Positions 40,695-54,100 of a stretch of 64,000 bases of DNA are shown here, in pieces. The notes under the pieces were generated by a model, which was not told where the DNA came from, searched no databases, and was given only the letters and a program-made list of their open reading frames with translations. The position numbers were made by a program, and so were the translations under genes. Each line of letters begins with the position of its first letter. Position 1 is the stretch's first letter. This stretch comes from Eledone cirrhosa (Eukaryota), in the NCBI GenBank assembly GCA_964016885.1, contig OZ024742.1:94116001-94180000 (forward strand), given 5' to 3'.

Positions 40695-41625
40695 ATGACT
40701 TTACAAATCCATCTGAAGTCAACTCTGCTTTTAATCCTTCCAAGGGCATTAAAATAAATTGCCTGGTAAGTACTGGACTCAAAATAATCAACTTTCACTC
40801 TTCCTCCAAATAGCTGCCTTTGTGACACTGCTAGAAAGAATTATTATTTGGTGGATTGGCAGAATTGGTAGAGCGTTAGACCAAATGCTCTGTGGCATAG
40901 AATTATAGCCCTTTATGTTCTGATTTCGAATGTCCGTCAAGGTAAGCTTTGCCTTTCATCCTTACAGAGTTGATAAAATAAAGTACCAGTAAGCCACTGG
41001 GATCGATTTAATTGACTTTCCCCTCCCCTTCAAATTGTGCCTAAAATAGAAATAATTATTATTTTGAGGGAAGTGGATTGGCTGTTTCAGTAGGGCATCA
41101 TACAAAATGCTTTGCACTATTTACACGTGAGAATATTTACAAAGAGTTCAAATGTCTCTGATTTCAATGTTGCCTTTCATCCTTCAAAGGTCGATAAAAT
41201 AAAGTACTAATCATGTACTGGGGCTGATATAATTGACTTTCTCTTCCCACAAAATGGTTGGCCTTGTGCCTAAATCAGAAACTATCATTATTATTATTAA
41301 AGAAAGAATTATTATTATATTTCATCCATATGGGGTCGATAAAATAAAGTACCGGTAATGCACTGGGTAATTGCTGGCTTGGGCCAAAAAGTAGAAACAA
41401 TTATTATTACTATTATTAGTATTATTATTAGATAGGTATATTGGCAGATGCTGAGCAGTATTTGTTCTGGATCTTTTGAGTTCAAACTCTGCCAAATTCA
41501 ACTTTACCTTTCATCTTTCCAGGTTGATAAAATAAAGCAACAGTAAAGCACTGGGTTTTCTATAATCGGTTTTCCCACACATCCTCAAATTACTGGCCTT
41601 GTGCCTAATGTAGAAACTATTATTA
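40695..41625 (+). mobile_element. Tandem cluster of about five S1 SINE copies
   Basis: The core 'ctttcatccttNNNgggtcgataaaataaagtac' or a variant recurs near 40730, 40950, 41175, 41322 and 41510, separated by (ATT)n tails. Confidence 0.85.
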
Positions 41626-42126
41626 TTATTGTGGCTGTAGTTGTAGTCATAGGTATTGAAGTTGTAGTTGTTGTTTTCTGGAGTGCTCTTTATAATAGAA
41701 TCCAGTCTATAAAAATAAGTCTTGTCATTCAATGACTGACTGTAGCCACTGAGATTCAACGGTGTGAGATCATAGTAATAGAGATACGATGAATACAAAC
41801 AAGTTAAAAGCAATGAACAATGCTGAGCATTAGATAATGGACTCAAACATTGACTCAATTTACTACCTCAAGGGAATCGAAGGACAAAATTTAAAGAATA
41901 GCTGAAATTAGCTCACAAAGGGGACTTCTTTCATCACAATGAAATACATCTAATGTTTGTTTATTCTCTTCTTCAATTCCGATATTTTTTTTCTATTCAT
42001 CTATTCTGTTCTCTTCTACCATATCTATTTTCAACAATACAATTGTTGTGTTACTATCTCTAAGTGAGTATGTAAGATATATATATATATGCTATGTATA
42101 TGCGTATGCATATATATATTTATATA

Positions 42127-42171
<45 letters not shown>

Positions 42172-42175
<4 letters not shown>

Positions 42176-42342
42176 TCATCATCATCATCATCATCGTTTA
42201 ACGTCCGTGTTCCACGCTTGCATGGGTTTGGACGGGGGTTTTCCCACTTGAGGCAAGAGTGATTGTCTTGCTCGCATAGGACTATCTGGCAGGTTTTCTA
42301 CAGTTGGATGCCCTTCCTAACACCAACAACATTTACAGTGTG

Positions 42343-42345
<3 letters not shown>
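42172..42345 (-). mobile_element. RTE 3'UTR terminal fragment
   Basis: Near-identical to the reverse complement of 31040-31210. Confidence 0.88.
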
Positions 42346-42398
<53 letters not shown>

Positions 42399-42558
42399 TA
42401 TATGTGTGTGTGTGTGTATGTATGCATGTATGCATGTATGTAAATATATATATTATCAACATTCAAACCATACCAGCATGGAAAGCAGGGGTAAAATGAT
42501 GATGAATGCGTATATTCATGACTTATATATGTGTACTCTCATATATATATATATGAGA

Positions 42559-42642
<84 letters not shown>

Positions 42643-43267
42643 TATGAATGTACAATATGAATGTACAATATAACAGTCTATGACTAAATACTGTTTGCAG
42701 CAAGGACATTCCTGTAATATCAAATCCATCCCATACTTTATTTATTGTATTATTTTATCTAAAATTACTCAAATATATTTCTAGGATAAAATTACATAAA
42801 AATAATAAATAATTTAATATTTAGTCAAAGATATAGAAAAAGAAAGTAACATTAGAAAGGATTATAAATGCAATAAATGAGAGAAAAAAAGGGGAAAGTG
42901 CAAGGATTATAAGGCAATGAAAGAAGAAAAGGGGGAAGAGAAGAAGGTGACAAACTCTACACCTAAGTTAGTATTTTGGCTATGCCCTGCAGACAATGGC
43001 CAGCAACACTTACCACACAAACCACTCCACCTGATGGGGCTCCTTCCTCAGACAGACTACTGTCATTCTGATTTAATGGATGAGGTCAGCTGTACAGTGT
43101 CCTAGGATGTCTGAGTCCTCAACAGCAACTGGTACAAAGAGGAGGTCGGACAAGCCTTGGCATTGCTTGTCTTGGAGACAGAGAATATGCTGCAGCATGT
43201 TATTAAATAAGCTAATCTAAGTGGAAATACCTCAGTCTAGCAGATAACAGCCAATTCCATTACAGTG

Positions 43268-44650
43268 CATCATCATCATCATCATAATCACCGTTTTACG
43301 TCCATTCTTCCATGCTAGCATGGGTTAGACTGTTGTGGACAGTGTCCGGTCGGCTCACCTTGTCTTGCTCATACAGGAACTGATTCTGGCTCCATTTCTA
43401 CAGCTGGATGCCCTTCCTAACACCAACCTCATTTACAGTGAGTGCTGGGTGCTTTTTTTTCGTGGTGCCTGCACGTCCACTTTACAGTGTGGGCTGGGTG
43501 CTTTTTTTTCCATGGCACCTCCACGACCACTTTGCAGTGGGAGCGTGTGGGCGCATATTGTCTATATGCTTCAGCTTCAACTTGTATCCGTGGAGGGTCG
43601 GGTCTTCTGTATTACTGCATGACGCCAGAGGTCACGGTCATGTGTCACTGCCCTTGAGAGGTGTAATTGGGTAAGGTCGGCCTTTATCACCTCATCCCAG
43701 GTCTTCTTGGGTGTCCCCACTCCGCGGTTTCCATCGACTTCTACTGCTCTGCACCTTTTTATGCAGCTGTCATCCTTCATATGCATCACATGTCCACACC
43801 AATGCAACCGCCTCTCCTGCACACAGCATTTGATTCCTCTTATGCTCAGTTTCTCTCTCAATTCATTTATGCTTTGCCGTTCGTGTATATTACTATTACA
43901 CATCCATCGGAGCATGCAGGATTTGTTTCTTTCTAAACTTCGCAAGTCTTCCACAGACAGTGCCCAGGTCTTACTACCATGTAATATTGCTGTTTGTATA
44001 CATGCATCATACAGTCTGCCTTTCATTTTGAGGGAAAAGCCTTTTGCAGCAAGCAAAAATGAACTTCTTCCATCCCGTTCTTACCCTAGTTATTGTACTT
44101 TCCGAACACCCACCTTCATTGCTAATTTGGTTACCTAGGTAGCAAAAGCTGTCTACTGTTTCTACAGAGCCCTCCCAGAGTTTGGTGGTACTTGTTTCCT
44201 GTGGCTGTTTGCTGCTTGCTATCCCAGCACAGCTGCTACATGTGAAGCCCACATTCTTAGTTAAGCTTCCCGCTACATCTCTTGTGTACCCATTGTTTGC
44301 ATTTGGGGCAGAGAATGGAGTTCCTACCTACACCTTCCCTACATAGTGAGCAAGGCCATTTCCCTGAGGGGATCTGGGTTCTGTTTTCTCATCTACTTAC
44401 AAGGACCTTAGTCTTTGTCAGGTTTGGAATTTCTTCTCTAGTTCTCTCATAGATTCAGCTATAAGTGTGTGGTCAACTGCATACAGGAGTTCCCATGGGC
44501 ATCCGGTCTTAAACTCCTCCATTATTGCCTGCAGGACTATGATGAACAGGAGAGGGCTAAGAACATAGCCCTGGTGGACACTGACCTGTACGCTAAATTC
44601 CTCGCTATACTCATTGCTAATCCTAACTTTGCTGACTGCTCCCCTATACA
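43268..44650 (-). mobile_element. 5'-truncated RTE LINE (RT domain remnant, C-terminus, 3'UTR)
   Basis: VHQGYVLSPLLFIIV...WELLYAVD (RT), VDSFCYLG, KGRLYDACIQTAILHGSKTWAL and RRLHWCGHV; the tail appears as plus (CAT)n at 43268. Confidence 0.92.
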
Positions 44651-44713
44651 AAACTCCAGTCTCTCATTCTCCCTCTTCCTTCATCCACATCACATATGCA
44701 TTTATAGATAATA

Positions 44714-44897
44714 ATTGGTTCTACATTTGGCACAAGGCCATCAAAATACCCAGTACATTACTGGTACTTTATTTTATCGACCCCGTAAGGATGAAAGGCA
44801 AAGTTAACCTCGGCGGGATTTGAACTCAGACTGTAAAGGGACGTAACTATGCAGGAAAGCATGGCGTCCGACCCTCTACCAATACTGCCAATCCACC
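44714..44897 (-). mobile_element. Full-length S1 SINE
   Basis: Reverse complement of 2542-2725, including boxes A and B. Confidence 0.92.
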
Positions 44898-45368
44898 GTC
44901 CATTAATAATAACAGTATTTTCTAATATTAGTACAAAGATTAGAAATTTTCTTGGGGGACCAACTTGATTAGCCATATATTTGACTAATCTTTTATTGTC
45001 CTCAAAAGTATGAAAGGTTATGTTGACACTCGCATGACCTGAACACATTTCTAAAATTGTGAACTCTCCAGGCTTTTTTTTTCCAACACTCTACCAATAC
45101 TGCCACTCAATAAAAACAACAACAATAGCAATAATAATAATGTTTTCAGTGTAATATTTTTGTCAAAATCTTTCAAGAATGATAAAGTAAACATGAAAAA
45201 GGAACAATATGGTTTTTCCCAAGAGTACTTATATTTTTATGCTTTGTTACTTATCTATTTATTGATCTTGCTCTTTATTTATATATTTAATTACTTAGTA
45301 AGCTATTGCTCTGTTCGATTTGTGTTTGTTGTATTCAAGAAATGACAAAGGTATATACACACACAAAC

Positions 45369-45429
<61 letters not shown>

Positions 45430-45889
45430 CATATATATATGTATATACACACATACATGTGTGTCCCCACGTGTGCACATATACATATATTATTACCTTT
45501 GATGTAATTACATTTGGGAATATCACATAAAACAGTTAGGTATTTGTGGAAAAGAAAACAAATGGCACATCCACAGACACATACACATGCACACATATCA
45601 CCACCAGATATTCCCAGGAAGTATTTGAGAGATAAATAATAGAGAGGAGTCATGGGGTATATAAATACATACAGGATTACAATTATAACAAATGCTAATC
45701 CCCACTGCTTTGATAATATAAAACTTGACTTTTTGTTTTGTGATCCAGAATATTTGTGAGAATATCTTAAAATAAAAGTGAAAGTAGATGGAAAATATGA
45801 CATCTGCATTGGAATTGATAACATATAGTTGATTTCTTACTGAAGAAAATATAATTAATGATTTTTCCATCTCTCAAAGTACAGACGTA

Positions 45890-48800
45890 TATTCAGAGTG
45901 GTCCCGTTCACTCGGACCATTCTCGCTACATTCACTCACCTTTCAACAAACTTGCTAGAAAGCAGCACTTGCCTCTCCACCCTGATTTTCCTCTTCAAGT
46001 GAAACTTTAAAAAGTTAATCAGGGATTCGCCGAAGAGGAAAGTGTTTGTCTTTAATCCTTTTAAACTTGTCCACCACACAATCTCTTTTGCCATGGCCAC
46101 CAGGCAGATGAAAACCGCCTGCCCTTCCTCCTCAAAGGAAGACGGCGAGACCATCTGCACAATGGGCTCAGTCGACAACCGGATCAGTCCCACACGTGAC
46201 AGCAACTGTTCAACATAGCTCCACAAGTCAGCAATGCTCGGGCACTGAATGAGTGCGTGCACAACGGTTTTGTCGCTATGCGCGCATCTCGGACAGGCTC
46301 GGCTGACGGCACTTCCGTGCCTGTAGAGCTTATCTCGAACCGGCAGCGCTCCCCGGTAGCACTGCCAGGCCAGGGATTTTTGGAAGTTATCCATAGGCCC
46401 CGGGCTGAAAGTTCTCCGGAAGAGAGCAAGCAGCTGATCTTCTTCGACGCCCAGGATCTCTCCGAGAACGTCGTCGCGCTTCCCCTCCACTAGTCCTCTA
46501 TAAAACGCCGAGCTGGATGTTCCACCGATACTGGTGCCCAACTGGGAGAGGGCAGTGAGCGCCTGGAGACATTCCGGTTTCCAAGCGCTATCCCTCGGTC
46601 TTTTTCTGACCCAGGACTGCAGCTCCGTCAAGGAGACAAGCTGTGGGAAAATGTGCCTGGCGAACGGCGACCACACCCGTTCACCATCAAGGAAGCACCA
46701 GAGATGTCGCAGCCTCAGCGCATGTTTGCGCATCATTAGCCATGGCATGCCCAGTCCTCCACGCAACGGGTGTTGACAGCAGATGGATCGTCTGACCATG
46801 GGAGCGCGTCCCTTCCACAAAAAGCGGAAGAGAAGGCGCTCCATTTTGGTGAGAGTTAGGCTGGAGCAAGGGACGACGGTGAGGCGGTGGCAGATGACGG
46901 ATGCGATGTACGCATTCGCCACTTCCGCCTGGCATTTCAGGGACAGATTCCTCTCAGCCCACTTCTGGGTGAGGGAGGCCACCCTGCTCGTCACCTCGTT
47001 CCAGTTTTTCTCCATCTGGAGGTCCGGTCCGAACCAGACCCCGAGCAATTTAACTGGTCCGTCCGTCCAACGCCTTACGACGCTGTCGGACGGCATGGAC
47101 TTGCCTCTCCAGGTGCCTAGCTGCAAGCCCACCGACTTTTCCTGGTTTATCGTTGCTCCTGTCACCGTTTCGTATTCCTTGAGAGCGGTGCCGGCATCTG
47201 GACGTGTCTGGTACTCGACACCACCACGGTGACGTCGTCAGCGTAAGCCGACTTGGATTTCCCGCATCCTAGTTCGCGTGGGACGCCCCTCATCGCCCCC
47301 AGTTTGTGCAGTAACGGCTCGAGAGCCAATACGTACAAAAGAGACGAGAGGGGACAACCCTGGTGGACTGAGCGCATGATGCTGAACTCCAGTTATGGGC
47401 CTGGAATTATCAATAACATCCCCCTTGTTCGGGTCTTTTCTCAGCAGCGCCACCGCTCCCCGGCTCACAAAACTGGGAATGCTTCCATTCTGCTGCCAGT
47501 TGCAGTAGACGTCTGCCAAGAGGTCACCGAACAAGTCTGGCATCAATGCATAAAGCTTGTATGGCAGACCATCTAAACCTGGCGATTTACCTCTTCTGCA
47601 GTTAGCCATCGCTTCCCGTATTTCACCGGCTGTTATTGGCTTTTCGCAACACTGTGCTGTGGTCGTCGAGAGCCGAGGCAGTCCGTCGAGGTATGCTCTG
47701 AAGTCCATGTCCCGATCTGTGCCGCCACCGCTCCCGAACAGTTCAGCAAAGTGCTGCTGAAAAGCTTCACACATTCGCTCGGGTTCGAGCATCACGCACC
47801 CGTTTTGGTCAGACAAAGACAGAATTGTGGCTTTATTGCCACGTCGCGCCTCTTCCACCCGGGCCCATTGGACGGCTTTGTCCCCTCGTGTTTCAGAGCA
47901 CGCGCTCTAGCTCTGACAACGCAGCCTTCGTGTATTGCGTTGAAGAATTGGTCGAGTGCCAATCTCGCCGCAAGCATGTCGGTTGCGATGCCTGTCCTAA
48001 ACGCCTCTTCTAGCTTTCTGACTAGCTCTCCCTCTACTCTATTTTCCTCTATCACTACTCCGTTGCTAAACCTAATCGACTCTACTTTAATTGCCCTTTT
48101 CAAGGCGAACCACCACCTGTTGTTGACGACCGCTCCCGTCAACCCCCGCTTAACTAATACGCTAATCCGGTCTCTGTAGACCTTGCATGCTGGGAAAGAT
48201 GCGTTCAGCTTCCAGTAACTAGGCCCTTGTCTATGAAGTCTGTCTATGTCGATCTCACAGATCACAAATTTGTGGTCTGTGTAGTCGACTATTTTAAATT
48301 GTGGACAACTTATACTAGCCTTATCTAGTTCCCTGCAGAATACCCTATCTAGATACGATCTGGATGACCCGATGCGGTTTGTCCATGTCCACATTGGCAC
48401 ATTCGGGTGATCCAGTCGATACCTGTCAGACAGTTCAAAACGTCTGAGCAGGTTGGTGAGGTTCTTGCACCCTTCTCCCCTATCCACTAGACCCACACGA
48501 TCCCAGCGTGCATCCAAGATACCGTTCCAGTCGCCAACTAACACTAAAGAGCGGGACGTTCCAAGAAAGGTCTCTAGACGTCTGAAGAAATCTGGCCATC
48601 CTGCCCCTGTTGGGGCGTAGACGGCTACTATCCTGAAAGCATTGCCTTCGCTGCTGGTCACGTCCAGCACCACCGACTTACCTTCTGGGTCCAGGAAGAT
48701 GGCCCGTATCGCGAGATCCAAGCCTCTCCGAAAAAGGACGGTAACCCCTCCCCCCGATCCTGGACGGCTGGGAGATGCGTATACATCGTAGCCGCCGAAG

Positions 48801-48952
48801 ATCGGTGCGAAGGCCCGTGCCTCGGAGATTCTGGTTTCACTGATGGCCACCACATCTATGTTTAGTGACCTGAGGTCATTGAGCAGGTGACCCTGCTTCC
48901 AAGATGACCCCAGGCCACGTGCATTTATACTGCCTATTCTGAGTACAGCCAT
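45890..48952 (-). pseudogene. Tx1 ORF2 of element A: APE endonuclease, RT (internal deletion near 47395) and zf-RVT
   Basis: MAVLRIGSINARGL, ISETR, VGDWN, SYLDR, TDHK, KSPGLDGLP, QGCPLS, AYADD and CPRC...HALIQC; frameshifts present. Confidence 0.93.
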
Positions 48953-48984
48953 GTTGGATGAGAAACGGGGCAAATGAAAAAGGG

Positions 48985-50880
48985 TCACTTACCTTGTTCG
49001 TGTGGTGAAGGGACAGTAGAACCGTCCCTTTCGCTGGTCATGGGTGTTTCCAAGAGGATGTCAGTGTATATCCTCTTGGTAACCATCTCTCTGAAGTCTC
49101 CAACTGCATGGGGATTTTTGTTTTAAAGGTTTGTATTGTTCTAATGAGATTTCGATGATGCTTATGTTTGTCGGGAGAGTTCTTGGTGTTGGTGGGGTGT
49201 AGTAATTGTTTTCCGTGATGTCTGTGCTGCTTTATATATTTTATGAGTTCTTTTTTTGCTATGTTTATGGCTGTGAACTTTTTGGGGGGAGGGGTGATTT
49301 TGTTGCCGTTTTCTTCTTGTTGCTGTTTGGTGTGTGTGTCTTGTTGTGTTTGCGTTGTTGGTGTTTGTGGTGGAGTTGCTGTAAGTTTCCTTGCTGCCTT
49401 TACCCCTCTTTGTATGCCTTTGCTTTTGGAGGGTGAAACTAAGGGTTGTTTTTTTTTTTTTTTTTTTGTGGCAGACTGTTTGCCACGTCACTCCCGCCTC
49501 AAACTCCATGTCGGATTCTGTGGCGTCTGGGAGGGGTATGTGCTCCACGGCTGTTGGTGGTGGTAGTGGAGACCCCTTCGGCAATGTTGTTACTGGTGTA
49601 GCTATTTCAAATGTAGCTATTGGTGTTGCCGCTACTGATGATGCTGCTTTAGTTATCCATGGCCTTGGTACAGGTGCTACGGACGTTGCCCTCCTACTCA
49701 CCGTGGAAGGGGCTTCTTCGTAGGTTGCCTGTCCTGCTCTTGGTAGCAGCGGACCAGGTATTGAAAGGAGAGGGGCCCTCTTCGGTGTCTTCTGCGGGCA
49801 AAAGGCCCTGAGGTGACCTTTCGACCCACAGAGATAACATTTTGGCCGTCTTCCTTCTACACTTATAGGGAGTTGGAGCCCTTCCTCAAAGTCTATGATA
49901 TCGGGGATAGCCTCGATACATTCCTGGTCAGTTTGTATAAGCATTTGCATGCCTATACCTGACCAGTTCTCTTTCCCTATTTTTTCTACTTGCAGCATGG
50001 TCGCCCTGTTCTCAATTCCAGCAAGGACAGACGCGGCCAGCCAATGTATGGGCATGTCGGGTGGGAACTGGGTCACTTTGACCCTCACAATTTTCTGCCC
50101 GCAGTAGGAGGGCACCAAGACTAACTCCTCACTCTTTAGGGTTTCCAAAGAGTGAGACTTTGCTTCCTGGGGGGGGGGGTTCGAAAAGTACGTCTACTGT
50201 GGCGTACTTTCTGCCTCGGGTGATGTGGGTTTTGCGTGCCCAGACGCACCCCAAGACCTTTTGGATTTGAGCCTCCGTGGCTCTCTCCACTCGATGTGAG
50301 ATTTTGCTTACGGTGCAGTAAGTCACCGTTCGTAGCTGCTGGTGGAGGTTTCAGGGAAACTCTATTTGCGCTTCTTGTCACCATGGCCCTTGCGACTGCC
50401 ATCTCCTCCTCTGTGACTAACACTGTCTCGATATTTCGGGCGACGCCTGCAAAAGAAGTGGTCCCTTTTTCAGCAGCACCACTATTGCTGCCGCTACTGG
50501 TCTTACTGGTGGTGCTGTGGTCGCTATTACAGGTATCGGTGTCATTGTTGTTCTTTTCGCTGGTACAGTTGTTGGTGTTGTTTTCGTTGATACTGTTGCT
50601 GCTGTTACTGTTATTGTGGCTGTTGTTATTATTGTTGTTTTTGTTGATACTGTTCCTACTATTATTGTTGTTGTGGCTGTTGTTATTGTCATTGTTATTG
50701 TCGTTCTCGACCTTACCGCTGTTATTTTTGTTATTGTCGTTCTCGACTTTACCGCTGTTATTTTTGGTGTTGTTTGTGTTAGAAATATTTGTTAATTTTA
50801 AATCTGTAACAATCTTTTTTTCCTTTGTAATATTTTCGTTTATATTTCCCTCCGCTGGAACGCTGTCGAGTTGACATGCT
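48985..50880 (-). pseudogene. Tx1 ORF1 of element A (Asn-rich N-terminus, CCHC zinc knuckle)
   Basis: VEGRRPKCYLCGSKGHLRAFCP lies in ORF 49162-50148; low-complexity termini, frameshifts, and a GGT AAG TGA end. Confidence 0.85.
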
Positions 50881-51157
50881 CATAAAGTCTCCCTCTCTCT
50901 GTGTTGTCTGACAGTGCTCTCTCTCTTTTTTGTGTTATCCATGTTGAAATTTTTCAAAAAATATTTTTACACAAATACGAATACAACACCCCGTACAGGG
51001 GTGCCGTATTATTTACTAGTGAACCCCTGTATTAGGTGGGTCACTTCTTCTAAACTTATATCAAATTTAAAACTTGAATAAAAGGTTTAGAACGATTGAA
51101 AAAGTGGTAAAACGTTGAAAAAGACTGGAGGCGATAAGAAGCGTGGCTTCACCAACC

Positions 51158-51194
<37 letters not shown>

Positions 51195-54100
51195 TTTTCA
51201 TTATTAACCACAAGGGTTTACATAAAGTAGACATTAAGGACAGTACAGGACAATACAGGACGGTAAAAATTCGGCATTTCTGTGTGTAAAAAAAACAGAG
51301 GATGTAATAAAAAATAACAATGAAAAATTCCCCAATAGGGGGGAGACTTCCGAAGGACATTTGTGGAGAAAGCCCATTAAAAGGCCACAGTGACCCTGAC
51401 CACCAGGACGAGTGCCCTCTCCAGTTTTCCACCTTTAATTTGAAGACACATACTCAGAGTAGGCCCATTCACTCGGGCCATACTTGCTTCTCTCACCCAT
51501 CTTTCAACAAAATGCTGGCAAGAGAGCACTTGCCTTTCTACCCTGATTTTCCTTTTCAAATGAAATTTGAAAAAATTAATCAGGGCATCACCGAAGAGGT
51601 AAGTGCTCGTCTTCAGCCCTTTCAAACGTGTCCACCATACTATCTCTTTCGCCATGGCCACCAGACAGATAAAAAACTACCTGCCCTTCCCGGCTAAAGA
51701 AAGAGGGCGGGGCAATCCTCACGATGGACTCAGCTGATAGCTGGATCCGTCCCACACGCGACAGCAGGTGTTCGAAATAAACCCACAAGTCAGCAATGCA
51801 CGGACACTGGACGAGTGCGTGCAGGACGGTTTGGTCGCCCTGCGCGCATCTCGGACATGCGCGGTTGACGGCACCTCCATGCCTGTAGGATTTATCCCGA
51901 ACTGGCAAAGCTCCTCGGTGGCACTGCCAGGCCAGGGATTTCTGGAAGTTGTCCATAGGACCCAGCCCGAGAGTTCTTCCGAAGAGATTGGCTAGTTGAT
52001 TTTCGTCGACGCCTAGAGTTTCCCCAAGTACGTCGTCGCTCTTCCCCTCCACTAATCCTCTATAGAACGCCAAGGTGGAGTTTCCACCGATCACATTGCC
52101 CGATTGGTCGAGGGCTGTGAGCGCCTGAAAACATTCCAGTCTCCAAGCGCTCCCTCTCGGTCTTCGCTTGACCCAGGACTGCAGCTCCGTCAAGGAGACG
52201 AGCTGGGGAAAGACGCGTCTAGCAAACGGAGACCACGCCTGATCACCGTCGACGTAGAGGTGGAGATGTCGTAGCCTGAGCGCGTGTCTGCGCATCTTCA
52301 GCCACTCCAAGCCCAGCCCTCCACGTAGCGGGTGTTGACAACAGATGGACCGCCTGACCATCGGAGCGTGTCCCTTCCACAAAAAGCGAAAGACAAAACG
52401 CTCCAGCGGAGTCAGGCGGGGCTTAGGACAAGGTACGACGGTCAGGCGGTAGTAGATGACGGACGCGATATACGCGTTAGCCACCTCCGCTCGACCTTTC
52501 AGGGATAGCTTCCTCTCCGCCCATTTCTGGGTGAGAGAAGCCACCCTGCTCGTCACCTCGTCCCAGTTTTTGTCCGTCTGGAGGTCCGGACCGAACCAGA
52601 CCCCGAGCAATTTAACTGGTCCGTCCGTCCAGCGCCCGACGACGCAGTTGGACGGCATGGACCTGCCTCTCCAGATGCCGAGCTGCAGGCCCACTGACTT
52701 TTCCTGGTTGATCATTGCTCCTGTCACCGCTTCGTATTCTTTTAGGGTAGTGCCGATCGCCTCGATGTGTTTGGCGTTCGACACCACTACGGTGACATCG
52801 TCCGCATATGCTGACACGGATCTTCCGCATCCTAGTTCGCGCGGGACCCCCCCCCCCCTCAACGTCTCCAGTTTGTGCAATAATGGCTCGAGAGTCAATA
52901 CGTACAAGAGGGACGAGAGGGGACATCCTTGGCGGACCGAGCGCATGATTTTGAACGCTTCCGAAAGGTGACCGTTCACTCTCACCACAGAGCAGATGTC
53001 GCTGTGCAAGGCAGCGATCCAGCCTCTGAAGACGGGCCCAAAGCCAGCCGCCCTTAGGACTGCCGCTAGGTAACGATGGTCGACCCTATCGAAAGCTTTC
53101 GACTGATCTAAATTGATCAAGGACCCACCCGTGCCAGGTTCCCTAGCTACCCTCTCTACGATGTATCGCATGAGGTGGAGGTTGTTGTGGATGGATCTGT
53201 CGGGAATGGCGCATGTCTGCGCCTCTCCCACCAGACCACCAACGACAAGCGCCAACCTCTTTGCTAGCTCCTTTGCCAAAATCTTGAACTCTGTGTTTAG
53301 CAGAGTTATGGGCCTAAAATTATCTATGTTATATCCCTTGTTCGGATCCTTTCTCAGCAGTGCCACAGCTCCTCGGCTCACAGAGCTGGGAATTCTCCCG
53401 TTCTGTTGCCAGTTGCAGTAGACGTCCGCCAAGAGGCCTCCGAATAAGTCTGGCATCTGTACGTAAAGTTCATAGGGCATCCCATCCAAACTAAGCGATT
53501 TACCCCTTGTGCAACTAGTCATTGCCTCCCGTACTTCAGCGGCTGTTATCGGCTTTTCGCAACACTCCGCCTCAGTGGCCGAGAGCTGCGGCAGTCCGTC
53601 GAGGTAGACACTAAAGTCCATCCCTCGATCCGGCCCGCTGCCCCCGAACAACTGAGCAAAGTGTCGCTGAAAAGCTTCACACATTTGCCCGGGATCGAGT
53701 AGCATGCGCCCGTCGTGGTCTACCAAAAACCGGATCGTGGCTTTGTTGCCACGACGCACCTCCGCCACTCGGGCCCATTGAACAGCTTTCGTCCCCTCGT
53801 GTCTCAGAGCACGCATCCTAGCTCTGTCAACGCAGCCTTCGTGCTTTGCATTGAAGAATTGGTCAAGGGCCAATTTCGCCGCAAGTACGTCGGTCGCGAT
53901 GACTTTGCTAAGCGCCTCGTCTAATTTTCTAACTAATTTTCCCTCTGCTCTATTTTTCTCTATTGCTAAAGCCTTACTAAACGTAATGGACTCTATTCTA
54001 ATTGCTCTTTTCAGAGCAAACCACCACTTGTTGTTGACGATGGCCCCCGTCAACGCCCGCTTAACTAGTTCGCTAATCCAGTCTCTGTAGGCCTTGCGCG

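Larger units (their letters stand above)
45872..51157 (-). mobile_element. L1/Tx1 element A (5' end present, ORF1 and ORF2 disrupted, 3'UTR missing)
   Basis: Two-ORF layout: gag-like ORF1 with CCHC, then APE-RT ORF2. Its 5' end abuts the (ATT)12 tail of element B. Confidence 0.92.

Noticed and set aside
50236-50874. 212-aa Leu-rich plus-strand ORF, and other plus-strand ORFs across 46-60 kb
   Set aside because: Antisense shadows of Tx1 ORF1 (Asn-rich AAC/AAT repeats) and ORF2.
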